Shown here: positions 1 to 11,984 of the stretch, in pieces
How positions within the stretch are numbered: the first letter of the stretch is position 1
Layout: each line of letters begins with the position of its first letter
NCBI GenBank assembly: GCA_965112735.1
Contig: OZ218957.1
Coordinates: 3,224,001 to 3,288,000 of the forward strand
Direction: 5' to 3'
Origin: Phaeosaccion multiseriatum
Taxonomy: Eukaryota; Protista; Ochrophyta, other classes
Length of the DNA: 64,000 nucleotides
Notes under the pieces: generated by a model
Databases searched by the model: none
What the model was told of the DNA's origin: nothing
Seen by the model: the letters and a program-made list of their open reading frames with translations, nothing else
Program-made: the position numbers and the translations under genes

Positions 1-387
1 GCGGACCGAAGCTTCTTGTCAGTGGGAAAGTAATGTCAGAGTAAAGGAAGAGAGAGGAAAAGAGAGGGAGGGAGCGTATCCAAGCAGGGAGGAAACGCTT
101 CATTTCAGGGGCAAAGCTGGCACTATAGCATTCACGCCTACACAAGCAGTCAAAGCGTTTTCAGGTGGATTCCCGGCTCTACTCTTGATGCAGACTGGCT
201 CCTTCTGCTGCTGTGCCACTCTCTGTCTCTCTCTTCTCTCTCTTCTCTCAATTTTCTCCCTCTCTCTCCCTCACTCTCTTTAATTAAATAATATACACCT
301 CTCTCTCTCTTTCCCCTCGCAAACGCTGTTCTCTCTCAGCGTTCCCCCCCCCTCCCTGGTCCCTCACCCTCCCCGTCCTCGGCCCAC

Positions 388-507
388 CTTCTTGATATAC
401 TGAGAGAGCATGTCCTTCAGTCCGCTGTACCGCTGATACCAGTCAAAGGGCTCTGGATCCTTGGTGTACCTCTCGTCCCAGTACGAGGCCTTTCCGTACT
501 CCGCCAT
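388..507 (-). CDS. First exon of a METTL13 / EEF1AKMT4-like SAM-dependent protein lysine methyltransferase; the gene continues beyond the left edge
   Basis: MAEYGKASYWDERYTKDPEPFDWYQRYSGLKDMLSQYIKK matches the family N-terminal 'Y...YWDERY....FDWY..Y..L' motif. ATG at 507, GT donor (gtgggc) after 388. Confidence 0.8.
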
Positions 508-812
508 TGTGAGTGGTACCCCTTTCGCCCTCTCTCTGCTTGCCCTTCCCAACCCAGCGGTTCACCCTGTTCTCCTCGATTCAACTGAGAGAGAGCGGGA
601 GAGAGAGAAGAGAGAAAAGATAGAAATATAGACAGGGAGAGAGAGACAAAGAGGGAGAGAGATAGAAGGAGAGGGAGAGAGAGTCACACACACACACAGA
701 TGCAGCGGGAGGGAGGGAAGGAGAGAGGGGAGAGACACACAGAGGGGAGACAGTGTGTGAGAGTGAGAGAAAGAGGGAGGGAAGGAGGGGAGAGAGAGAG
801 GGGAGAAAGAGG

Positions 813-869
<57 letters not shown>

Positions 870-1799
870 GGGAGAGAGGAGGAGGAGGAGGAGGAGGAGG
901 AGGAGGAGGGGAGGGGGAACGGAAATCAGTGAGTGAAGTGAGTGGGGATGGCTTTGCTTCGTCCGTCAATCAGACTGCAAGTACATGTGACGGTGGTGTG
1001 CAGTGCCCGTTCCAATGCAAGCTATCAAGCTCACCAAGATGAGGAGGGATCCGTTCCTTTTTGACTCGAAAACAACTCGAAGGATGAGCGATTTCCCAAG
1101 TCAACAGCTTTCCCGAGGGGGTGTGAACGATCACACAGTCACACAGTCACGGTAGTGGTTCATCGGAGCGATGTGAGATATCGATGTCGGCCCTGTGCAT
1201 GGTTCGTTTCTCTGGTCCCTGACAGAAGCCAGGGGCTGGCCTGCGGCAAGAAGCCAGAGGCCAGAGGTGGCCTGAGCTACGGCAAGAAGCCAGGGAGGAG
1301 GAGCCAGAGAAACGGGAACGATGGAGAAACCGACGGAAGTACATGGTTGATCGGCCCTTCTGCTGCAGACGCATTGTCCTCGCTTCTTATTAATGCCCAA
1401 TAGTGCTAACAGGTCCCGTATTCTCTCGCGATCAAGAAGCCCCTAATAAATGAAGGATTTCTTGCCCGACTGTCTTCACCTCCTTCTCCTCCTCCTCCTC
1501 CTCCTCCTCCTCCTCGTCCTCGTCCTCGTCCTCCTCCTCCTCCTCCTCCTTCTGCTCCTCCTCCTCCTCCTCCTCCTCCTCCTCCTCCTCCTCCTCCTCC
1601 TCCTCCTCCTCGTCGTCGTCGTCGTCGTCCTACTACTCCTCCTTGTCCCCTCGAACCCCCATCCACGCGTGTAATGGATGGACCAACGCCAAACACAATT
1701 GGGTGGCCCATCCTTCAAATCCCATCACCAGCCCGGGGCACCAGACTCTGAAACGCCGGGTTGTGGGCTCTGCATTGCCTTGCCTTGCCTCAAACACAA

Positions 1800-1831
<32 letters not shown>

Positions 1832-1860
1832 AAAGACTTTGCGACAAAAGGACTACAGCA

Positions 1861-2581
1861 CTAAATCAGCATGGTCATGGGCTCTTGCACCAGTCCCTTG
1901 AAGGCCGCCAGCCATTGTGCACCCACCGCCCCGTCCACAACGCGGTGGTCGCAACTTAAGGTGGCCGTGAGCATGACGTTGAGCTGGTAGATCTCCTCGC
2001 TCGAAGGGTCCTGGTAGAAGGAGGTGGGGGAGGATAGTGGCAACAAGCCGGCGCAAGGAGGGACGCGGATGAGATGTGTTCAGAGTCTTGTCTACCTTCA
2101 CAGCGAGAGAGAGGGAGGAGCAGAGACGGGGGAAGACAGCACACGCACAACACACACGCACACACACACCACCTACCTCGTTGGGCATGACTCTCTCTTC
2201 CGCCGCCCCCAGCGCGAGCATGATGGCCTGCGGTGTATTTATGATGGGCGCAAAGTTCTTCACTCCGTACATGCCCAGATTCACCACCGTCATGGTGCCT
2301 GTGGCACACGCCTCAGCGGTCAGGGCTTCGGTTTCTGCGGCTGTCGTGAGGGAGCGGATGTCTCCGGAGATGGAGGAGAGACCCCTGCTGCCCACGTCCC
2401 TCACGACGGGGGTGACGAGGCCATCGCCGACGCCGACCACGACGTTCACGTCCACTTTGCTGAACTGACGCACGAAGCTGTGGTAGTGGGGGGGTGTCGA
2501 GGTGGAGCGGGAGGAGGAGGCGGCGGAGGAGGAAGGGGGGGGGGGGGAGGGGGAAGGGAGAGGAGGAGGAGGAGGAGGAGC

Positions 2582-2615
<34 letters not shown>

Positions 2616-4911
2616 GGAGGAGGAGGAGGAGGAGGAGGGGGAGGAAGAGGGGGGAGCAGGAGGAATCCCCTCCCCATACCTACAACGTCTGTCACGCCGT
2701 TTGCCACATAAAACACACCATCCAGCCACAGGCTGCCATAGGCTGCCATCTGCCGTCCCCCCTACCCCCCCCCCCACTCCGAACCTCCTCCACAACGCCA
2801 CTTCTTTTCCTTGACTTACGTGTCCATCCAGGCCGCGTTAGCGCTGGGCACCTTCTTAGAAGCGAGCGCCGCTGCCTTGACAAGCATGTCATTCATTGAC
2901 ACCTGCTCCCCCTCCGGCATGCCCTCGTTGAGCCCCTCCCTCACCGCCAACAGCTTGTCGAGCGTAATGTCCACAGTCAGGTAGTAGTGAGGCACCTCTT
3001 GCTTGGCGGCCGTCAGCTTGGCCGCGAGCGCACGTGCCGTTTCAGAAACCGGCATGTCCACAAAGGCTCCGTCCGAGCTTGGCACCCCAACCGCCGCCAC
3101 CGCTGCTGCCGACCTACCAGCGGCCGTACCACCCACTGCTGCTGGAGCTGCTGCTGCTGCTGCTGCTGGCGCTGCTGCTGCCTGAGCATGTGCGTCTGCC
3201 GTATCACCAACTGCCAAGGATGGCACGTACTCCTGCACATCTGCCGCCACGATCCTGCCGAGCGGCCCCGTGCCCTGAATCTTGTTGATGTCGTACCCTG
3301 CCTCCGCAGCCAACTTGCGGGCATATGGGCTTGCCTTCACTCGCCCTCCCCCTCCTCCTCCACCACCACCACCACCACCTGCTGCCATGACAGGAGCAGG
3401 CGCGGCAGGCGCGGCAGCAGCAGGAGGCGCCGCGGGAGCTTCAGCTTCAACAGCTCCTCCTCCTCCTCCTCCCCCCTCTTCCACCTTGTAATCCTTAAAC
3501 GCCGCCACAGCGTCCAAGCTCTCCACCACAACCATAATTGGGGTGCCCACAGTTACATTGGCCTCGCCCGCGGGCTTGAGGATCCGGGCCAGGACCCCCT
3601 CGTCCTGTGCTTCGTAGTCTACGGTGGCCTTGTCTGTCTCCACAAGGCAAATCACATCCCCTGCTTGGAACTCCTGTCCCTCTTTGACGCTCCACGAGGA
3701 GATGGTCCCTTCCTCCATGGTCGGAGAAAGCGCTGGTTGGTCGGGGGGTGGTGTGTGAGTAAGTGTGGCGGCGTGGTGGTGGAGTGGAGTGGGCCATGCG
3801 GTGCGCAAGTGGGGGACGCAGGGGGACACGTGCGGATGGAAGGGAAGGGTAAGGTTGGTGGAGAGGGGCGGGAGGGTTCCGAGTAGAGAGGGATGACAGG
3901 GTGGGCGCAGAGTGGAATTCTTCACATGCACAGAGAGAGAGAGAGAGATGAAAAAAATCGAAAAAAAAAGAGCAGCTGGGAAAAGGAGCCGCGAAAACAG
4001 ACTTCACATATAGATACATTCGCTCTACGGTGGATACACGCCAAGGTGCCAAGAGCCAAACACTCAGACGCAGACAAGAGGAGGAAAAGTTGCGCGCAAT
4101 TCTCAAGAGGGAGAGAAGGATTGGCAAGAGGGAGGTGAGGAGGCTGCCCCTGGCACGGCGCGCAAGTACTCACCCGGCATCCCCACCACATCGTGCGGGG
4201 GCAAGCTGCTGCTAAGTCCGCGGACAGAGACTAAGCGCCAAGCACTCGGAGGAGAGGGGGGAAGGTTCGTCCCAGCAGGCCTGCCGCAAACAATCCCAGG
4301 GGGGACAGGAGGGGGGGGGAGCAGAGGTGAGGGTGGTACGGCGTGCAAGGAGACACGCCCCTTCAAAGGGAACATACGTTGCGTGTCACAGAGAAGGAAC
4401 GAGGATAAATGAGAGATGGAGTGGGGGCGGCTGGAGTGTCGAGAAAAGTCGAGAAAGGGTAAACGACGAAATTACAAATGGTGCTGTGCCGTATCTTTCA
4501 AGGGCTGTGTTGCAAGGTCCTGCTGGAGGTGGTAGAAAGACGTCCATTGTGGAGCACGTATCTTCACAATCACGTAGCACTTTCTGCACTTGGAAAATAA
4601 TACGAGGAAGGCATACGAGGTTGTGTCACATCGTCACTGGGTCGAGGCGTTCGTGGGTCGCACCTTCTCAAGCACCGCAGTCCATTCCTGCTTGCTGTCA
4701 GCGTAGAGGCTTGTCGCATCGAAGTCGCTAGCGGAACTGCGCTGGAGGAAGCCCACCGCCCTCCTCCATAACTCTCGCTCGCCCTGCTCCTGCTGCTGGC
4801 CTCAACCTTTCCGACGCACCCCTGCCCGGGTGCTTCTGCTGCTGCCGATGCTGCCACTGCTGCTGCCCGGCGGCCGGCACCCACACACAGCCCTCTCCCA
4901 TAGCACAGCAT
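1861..4911 (-). CDS. DLAT: Mitochondrial pyruvate dehydrogenase E2 (dihydrolipoamide acetyltransferase), single lipoyl domain
   Basis: Exons 4174-4280, 2820-3732, 2177-2477 and 1861-2010 splice in frame. They give the lipoyl domain (MPALSPTMEEG...VETDKA), the E1/E3-binding domain (KASPYARKLAAE...GTGPLGRI) and the catalytic DHRVVDG motif. The 5' transit-peptide exon(s) near 4617-4911 are tentative. Confidence 0.93.
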
Positions 4912-5437
4912 TGTTGCAGCGCCAGTAGGGGTGGATCGCGGTCGTGTGTGTTCGCCATCAAGAAAGAGCCCGTTCACAGATGGCGACTGCCGTAGCAGGA
5001 CTCTTGATGGTTTCCGTATGAAAATGACAGTTTCGATGTTGTCGCTCCTCCTTATTACGGTGCTCTACCATCAAGCTTGGCTTTAGCCTTGTTGTGCGCA
5101 GGTCTGTGCCCTGTATTACTGTGCGCGAAGAGTGCTTGTGCATTTGTCCTGCACTAATTATAGGAGCCCCTTACATCACTGAATGACGCAATTCAGCTGT
5201 GGATTAGGACCGCGTGCCTCTCTTCTTTCCCCCTCTCTGGGTCTCTTCCTTACTTTACGCCCTTCTGTGCTGTCGTAACCCCCTTTGCAGGCCATCGACG
5301 GGTGTCTAATGTGCTTATCACCTCCAAGCAACGTCCCTTCTTTGCACGGGCGGAGGAATGCACAATCGTCCGACCAAGGGGCAACAGGCGGCCAAGGCCG
5401 GGACTTCAGTCAGTGGGGATAGTCTTTGTGGTAGAGA

Positions 5438-8400
5438 ATGATGGCGGGGGTTGCTGAGTATGGAAGAGGCGGGGGTTGTCTGGACGGAGGTGGCGAGGGA
5501 GGGGACAGCAGTGGGGGCAATGCCATCGGAAGCCTCCCTGGCGCTGGGGCCAGGGCGGGGTCCCAATCTCGCATCAGGACGCCATCCCCACGCATGGCTT
5601 CCTCGGGAGACGTCCTTTCGAGTGCACACACCAGGGGCGGTAGCACCAGCAGCAGCTCTCGCCATTCTCCTCGGCCTTCGCCGTCCGCGTCGGCAGCCAG
5701 CCCAGCGGCGTTGTCAGTGAACACATCGCTTTCTCGGCCAAGGTACGATACGCTGTGCGTCCTTCCGTGCATAAGTCAGGAGGTGTGGAGGCTCTATCTC
5801 TGTTATTCTTTCTTCTCCTTCTCGCCTGAGGCTCCGCAGTGCAGCACTCTGGCTGTGATGATCTGAATATAACTCACCGCTGGGGGGCTTATTTCTCCCT
5901 CTCCTCAAACCCTTCCCTTCCCTTCCTTTTCCTTACTCCTCTTCTCCCCATCGCTTTACTTGTCTTGTGACTGGTGGAAACACGACAAACAAACAAACAA
6001 ACAAACATCAAGTTGTGGCAGCGTGCCCACGACCAAACCCAGGGGTGGCGCTGTCGGAGCGGGGGAAGCTGCCGCGGTGCCTCCGGCCGGAGACGTCCCC
6101 CGGGGAGAGATAGTGGGTTGGAGCAGCAGCAGCAGAGCGGGGGGTAGTGAGGGAGGGGACAGAGGACTGGACGAGGAGGGCGAGGACAGCAGGAAGAGTC
6201 GACGGAGAAGGCAGGATACTGAGGCCGCGGAGGAGGACAAGTCGAGAGCAAGTATCCATACCGGGACCAGCCCCACTGGTCGGACTTTCATGAGACAGGG
6301 TTCGGTGGCAATCACGGAAGAGCCCAACGATTTTTATGAGAAGATCCGCGTGCTCGGGAGGGGAAGCTTCGGCACCGTGACTCTGGTCAAGCACACGGAA
6401 AGGTATCGCAGGGTAGGGGGGGGGTTGGGGTGGGAGAGGAGGGCGGGGGGGGGGAAGGGCATCGGAAGAGAGAGTAGGTTGGTGTGGAGCAGGGGGAGAC
6501 AAGAGACCAAAAGGGTGGGAGTGGAGCGACAGAGGAGAGTGAGGAGAGAGACGGGTGATCCTGGAAGGCGTCGTGTAGTGCTGTGTAGAAGCACGGGAGG
6601 AATCTCTCTCTCTCTCTCCCTTGTACTCTTGGGCTGAAGAAGGGCCAGTTCTTATCTACGCCCCCACCCTCTCTCTCTCTTCGTTCTTACTCTTTCCCTT
6701 TCTGTCTCTTCTCTTTCTCTCTGTCTCCGCATGTGTGCACATGATGTTGCCCCCCCCCCCCCCCCCCAAATCAATCGTTTCTGCCTGCTCTCCTAAACAA
6801 ACAACAACCACAACAGCGGTCGATTGTACGCACTAAAGACGCTGTCCATCGGAGACAGCAAGAAGCCCGAGGCAAGACAGGCACTCGCAGAAGTACGTAT
6901 GATGAAGCTCCTCAAGCACGCCTGCGTAGTGACCTTAAAGGAGTGCTTTGTGTCGCACAACGAGGCGAGTGTAGGGCTCGTGATGCCGTACTGCGAGAGT
7001 GGGGACTTGGCAAGGGTCATCAAGGCGGCAAAGGGAGAGCACGAGAAGGAGTTGAGTCACCACCATCAGCATCAGCAGCAGCATCAGCAGCATCAGCAGC
7101 ATCAGCAGCATCAGCAACACCACACAGCACATCACCAGGACGACCCACACACCCCCCCGCACGGAAACCCGGCTCTTCTGATATCCTCGGCCCTAGGAGC
7201 AGGGGCAGGGGCAGCAGCGGCATCGGCGGGGGGGGTAGGAGGAGGAAGCCCCTCTTCATCCTCCTACTCCTCCTCCTCCGCTGCGATTGCAAGTAATGGT
7301 ACGAGTAGCGCTGGGGCAAATACAAGTACTAATGGTACTGCTGGAGGTGCAGGTCCAAGCACAGGTGTTGGTGGTACAGGAAGTAGTAGTAGTAGTAGTC
7401 CGAGCGGCAAGTACTTTCCCGAGGCAACGGTGTGTCGCTGGTTCGTGCAAATGTGCCTGGGGCTCCACTACCTCCACGCCGAGCTACACATGCTGCACAG
7501 GGACCTCAAGCCTTGCAACATGTTTCTCATGGAAAGGCAGGAGCTGTTGAGAATCGGAGACTTTGGCTTGGCGAAGCGCCTCACCGAGCAGGCCATGACT
7601 GCGGCGGCGGAGGTCGGTACCCCCTTCTACACCTCGCCGGAGATTGTCACCAGGGCCCCCTACGGCTATCCCAGGTAAGTCGTACATATATGTATATACA
7701 TATATATATATATTATATATATATACATATATATGTTATATATATGTATATATAAATAGGAGGGAGGGTAGTGGTCGGTGGAGTTTGTGGTTGGTGGGTC
7801 GTGGGTGTGGTAGATGTAAGTATGTCAATGAGCCATGGAGCGCCTGCCTTTCTTTTGCCGCTATGAAGGCGATCCATGACTCGACTTTTAAGCACACCAA
7901 AACAATGGGGGAATAGTCCCATACCCCCTCAAACCCCATACCCTATACTCCATACCCCATACCCACTTCATTACTCACTCCCCCTTACTGTACGTACCTT
8001 TTCGACTGACTGTCCCTTGCTGACTTATTGTCCCAGCGATGTGTGGGGTATGGGGTGTATCCTCTACGAACTCCTGCAGCTCGAGGTTCCCTTCGCCGGC
8101 AATGACATGGTCAAGTTGGTGACGCGCATCAGTAGCACGGACCCGCCGCCCTTCCACTCGGGAGACTTTTACAGCGAGGATGTGCAGCAGCTCTGTCTGT
8201 GGATGCTGCAGAAGACACCGGGAAGGTAATGGGGTATGGGGTATGTATGGGGTATAGAGGATGGGGTATAGAGTATCGGGTATGGGAATACAGGGTATGG
8301 GGATATAGGGTGTCAGCTGTCGGGTATAGGGTATAGAGCACATGTAGAACGATCGCACGTCACGAGTGTCTTCGCTCACACCATTGACGCGGAACCCTTT

Positions 8401-10023
8401 TCTCTTGCCGGTGATTTCCTTATTTGGGTATGTGATTGATTGGGTATCCAGGAGACCCACCATCGAGCAGGTTCTCTGCACGCCGGTCATGCGGAAGACA
8501 CATAAGATGTTCGTCAAGGGTTTCAACCCCATGCACGTAAGTAGATACGTAAGGAACGAAGGGGTCGTGTGGGTGTTTCGGGTGCGAACGAAGAGGAACA
8601 CTCGTGTGGGGAGGGGGAAGGGGAGAAACTACTCTATGCCGGTCCCACTCCGTTGCCGTCCGCACGCTGCCCCTCTCCTCACTCGTTTGTCGCTTCACCC
8701 CTTTCCTCCCGTCTCGCCCCTCCTCCCACCACGTCACGACGGCCCTGTCCACCTCTTGTTGACTTACTCTGCCTGGGCTGCAGGCGGAGGGAAGGGAGCG
8801 AATCACACTTCTCAAGAACCTCAAAAGTCAACTTGCTACTCTTGAGGCCCTGCCCACAGTCACCCCGGAGCAGGTACGCTTCTACGCGACTGGTAGTGCG
8901 GAGAGGGGGGAAGAGGGGGGGAGGAGAGCTGAGGAAGGGTGTCCGGCGTTCTCTCTCTCATCTGTGTGTGTGTGTGATTGGCTGCTTCTCTTCACACAGG
9001 TGAAGGCGATTCTCTCCACCCCGGACCCGCTGCAAGTGGAGAATGCGTCGAAGATCGACGCAGCAACGGAGGAAGAGGAGGCCACGTGCCCTACTTGCAA
9101 TCGCGTCGGAGGCACTCTGGTAGATGCAGCGACAGCTGCAGCAGTTGGTGATACAGCCGCAGGAGGAGCAGCCGGAGGGGGTGCCGCCGACGACCGGCGG
9201 AGCGCAGCCAGCGCCATCCAAGCATCTGGCGAGCAGCAGCAGCAGGTGCCGCAGTTGGTGATACAGCAGCAAGGATGCCCCGCCTGCGGGAAGGTTGGGG
9301 GTGAGCTCCAGTCAACAGAGGGTGGGGGCGGGGGGGGCAGGTCCCCGCTGTCTGCAGGGGGGGGTAAGGGGGCGCTTCAGCCCCAAGAGAGCCGCTTCCA
9401 AGCGCGGCGTGTCTTGGGGCTCCCAGTCCCGAAACTTCTCACAGATGACGACGGACTTGCAACTGCAGGACGAGGGCAGCGCAGCGGCGGCATTAGATGC
9501 AACTTCTGCTGTATCACCAACTGCTGTATCACCCAGGGCTACTGTTGACGATGCTGCGCGTGATGCTGGTGAGAGCCCTGTGGCGAGTACGGCCTGTTCT
9601 GATGGGGAAGACGGGGGGATGGCAGTGGATGTGGGAGAGGGGGGGATGGCAGTGGATGGGGAGGACACCACAGTCCTGCGCAGCCCCCGTATAGACAGCA
9701 TCAACCCCTCTTACGCTGTGCCAGCTCTGCACGACGTGGGGGAGGGGGAGGACGGGGAGGAGGAGAAGTCTCAACTGGCGACTGGCAAGTTCCACCTCGT
9801 CATGGAGCCAGCAGCCCAGACTGATGAAACTGCTGACAGGGACTGGGTGCATGACAGGAGAGATGATGATGATGATGATGTAGATACAGCAGCTGCTGCT
9901 GCTTCGGCGGCGGCGGCGGCGACGATTGTAGCGACCGTGGCGGTGGGGGCCGGAGTCAACGCTGCGATTGCCATCCGAGCGGGGCAGGAAAGCGGGGAGA
10001 GCGACGGGAGCGTCGAGGAGTGA
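5438..10023 (+). CDS. NIMA-related (NEK) Ser/Thr protein kinase with a low-complexity kinase insert and a C-terminal tail
   Basis: Exons 5438-5742, 6022-6402, 6817-7674, 8037-8225, 8452-8536, 8784-8873 and 9000 onward. Motifs LGRGSFG, YALK, HRDLKPCNMF, IGDFGLAK, VGTPFYTSPE, SDVWGMGC, RPTIEQVL. An apparent frameshift lies in a G-run near 9357-9364; the 3' end is uncertain. Confidence 0.88.
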
Positions 10024-10664
10024 GGATGCCCAGTTAGGGTACGGAGCGAGTGAGGGAATGAGAGAGGGAGAGAGGCAGTCAGTACACTAGAGTGGGGAGG
10101 GTATTGTTCCACCCGCCCCGCCCGCCACGCCCGCCACGCCCGCCACCAGCGGAGGCTGACGTGGTCAAGCTTTTCAAGTTCAACTTCAACCCGTGCGAGA
10201 ATCGAGGCTCTATGAGCACAGTGATGGAATGAGGAAGGCGGGTGGGAAGGTAGGTCGCAAGAATGCAGAAGAAGAGCATGTCTGTGGGTAGCACTGGAGG
10301 AGGGGGGCAAGAGAACAAGTGACGGGGTCACCTCTTGCGTCGGGGGGGGTGCGATGGCGGAGCTTCCCTGGGGGAGAGGGGAGGAGGAGGTGTGCAGAGG
10401 AGGAATACTATAGAGGCAGAGGGAGAGAGAAAGAGAGAGAGAGAGAGAACAATAGCATGGAAGAGAACTCTCTTGTAATATATAAAACATTATATAACAT
10501 TACGACACATCCATGTTATCGTATTGTACGCCTGCTGTGTCAGTGCTTCTTAACGATTCACTTTCTTGATCTGATGATGCGCACCTTGCTAGCTCCTCCG
10601 TCCCGGCCTTGTGTCTTCCCTTTGTGGAGAGGAGAGGCAGTGGTCTTGTGTCTGGCCCCTTGTG

Positions 10665-10762
10665 GACAGGCAGAAGAGGATGGACTGGTCAAGAGGACGG
10701 CGTCTCTTTTCTAAAAGTTTTCAGCCTCGAGTCCTCTGTCATTCGCCCCCCCTTCGCCTCTC
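10665..10762 (-). promoter_or_regulatory. Candidate SECIS element in the 3' UTR of the SelW gene
   Basis: Minus strand: helix [18 protein letters not shown] / CCATCCTCTTCTGCCTGTC; core AUGAC...UGAC (non-Watson-Crick quartet); helix II AGAGGAC/GTCCTCT plus GGC/GCC; apical AAAA with a CTTT/AAAG ministem. It lies about 200 nt after the stop codon. Confidence 0.7.
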
Positions 10763-10968
10763 TCAAGAGACCAAGTACGTCAACCATCAACAAGGTGCTC
10801 CCTCTCTCAAAGAGCCTTGAGTACATCAACCAATGTGCTGCTCCTGCAGCTGCCCTCCGACGCGTCATCTCCTCATCTCCTTTGCGGAGGCGTAACCCCC
10901 GTGCGCTCACTGCCCTCTCTTTTCTCCTCTCTTCTCTTCTTCTCTTTGGCTCGACTGTAGAGAGCAGC

Positions 10969-11824
10969 TTATGAGCTGCTCTGGAAGTCTCTAAGCTTGT
11001 CCACGAGTGCTTGCACGCTGCTGGCATCGGTGCACTTCCCCATGCCTTGTCTGTTGGAGTGCAGCAAGTCGCCGGTGTTGAGCAGAGTCACCTCGAAGTT
11101 CCCAGTGACACCCTGGGCAGAGAGGGAGAGAGAGAGGGGGGGGAGGGGAGGGAGGGAGGGAGAGAGGGGGGGGGGGGAAGGAGGGAGGGAGGGAGGGAGG
11201 GAGGGAAGGAGGAAGAGGGGGAGGGAGAGAGAGGGGGGGGGGAGGGGAGGGAGGGAGGGAGAGAGGGGGGGGGGGGGGGAAGGAGGGAGGGAGGGAGGGA
11301 GGGAGGGAAGGAGGAAGAGGGGGAGGGAGAGAGAGGGGGGGGGGGGGAGGAAGGGCGGGTGAAGGCAGGGTAAGGGAGGGCTCTAGAGGACAGGCTAAGA
11401 GCCTTGTTTTTGCCTGTTGTTCACTTACCGGGTCCTCCAGAGGAATTATTTCCAGTTCATCGGGGCCTTGGAAAAAGAGGGAGAGAGGAAGAGGGAGGGG
11501 AGGGGGGGGAGAGGAAGGAGGAAAGGGGGAGAGGGGGAGAAAGAGGGGGAGAAAAGGAGAGGGAGAGGCAATGGGAAGTGAGGGAGAGGGAGAGAAAGAG
11601 GGGAGAGGGAGAGGTAAGAGAGGGAGAGAGAAAGGTGGGGAAGAGAGGGGATCTAACAAGGGGATCTATATATCTAACAAAGAAACGAGATAGTGCAAGA
11701 GAGATGGAGAAAAAGATATCTCCTCACCGAACACGGCCTCGAGCTTCATTTTCAATGCGTTGAAGTAACGCACGTAGCCTCATCCTCCACAGTATTGTAC
11801 GTGCAGTCGAGCCAATTGAGTCAT
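10969..11824 (-). CDS. SELENOW: Selenoprotein W (Rdx / SelT-SelW-SelH family), 92 aa, Sec encoded by an in-frame TGA at 11782-11780
   Basis: Exons 11824-11728, 11466-11429 and 11112-10969, with canonical GT-AG sites, give MTQLARLHVQYCGG(U)GYVRYFNALKMKLEAVFGPDELEIIPLEDPGVTGNFEVTLLNTGDLLHSNRQGMGKCTDASSVQALVDKLRDFQSSS*. This contains the YCxxUGY and GNFEV...LLHS signatures. Confidence 0.92.
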
Positions 11825-11984
11825 GTTAAAGGGAACAAGGAAAGAATGATCGATCCAAACGACATGTAGTTGGAGTTTCCGTTTCAGCGTTGAAAGGAAA
11901 CTCAAACTTCTACCCCTTCACATCCAGCCAAGCCCGGCTAAAATTTATAGACGAGCGAGTGGGCAACAGCGGGGTTCCAAAGCC

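Noticed and set aside
562-1718. ORFs between the methyltransferase and PDH E2 genes
   Set aside because: They derive from (GA)n and (CTC)n tracts or have no recognisable domain or splice pattern.
10610-10974. Plus-strand ORF 10609-10974 as a further NEK exon or separate gene
   Set aside because: No domain similarity; the region is better explained as the SelW 3' UTR carrying the SECIS on the minus strand.
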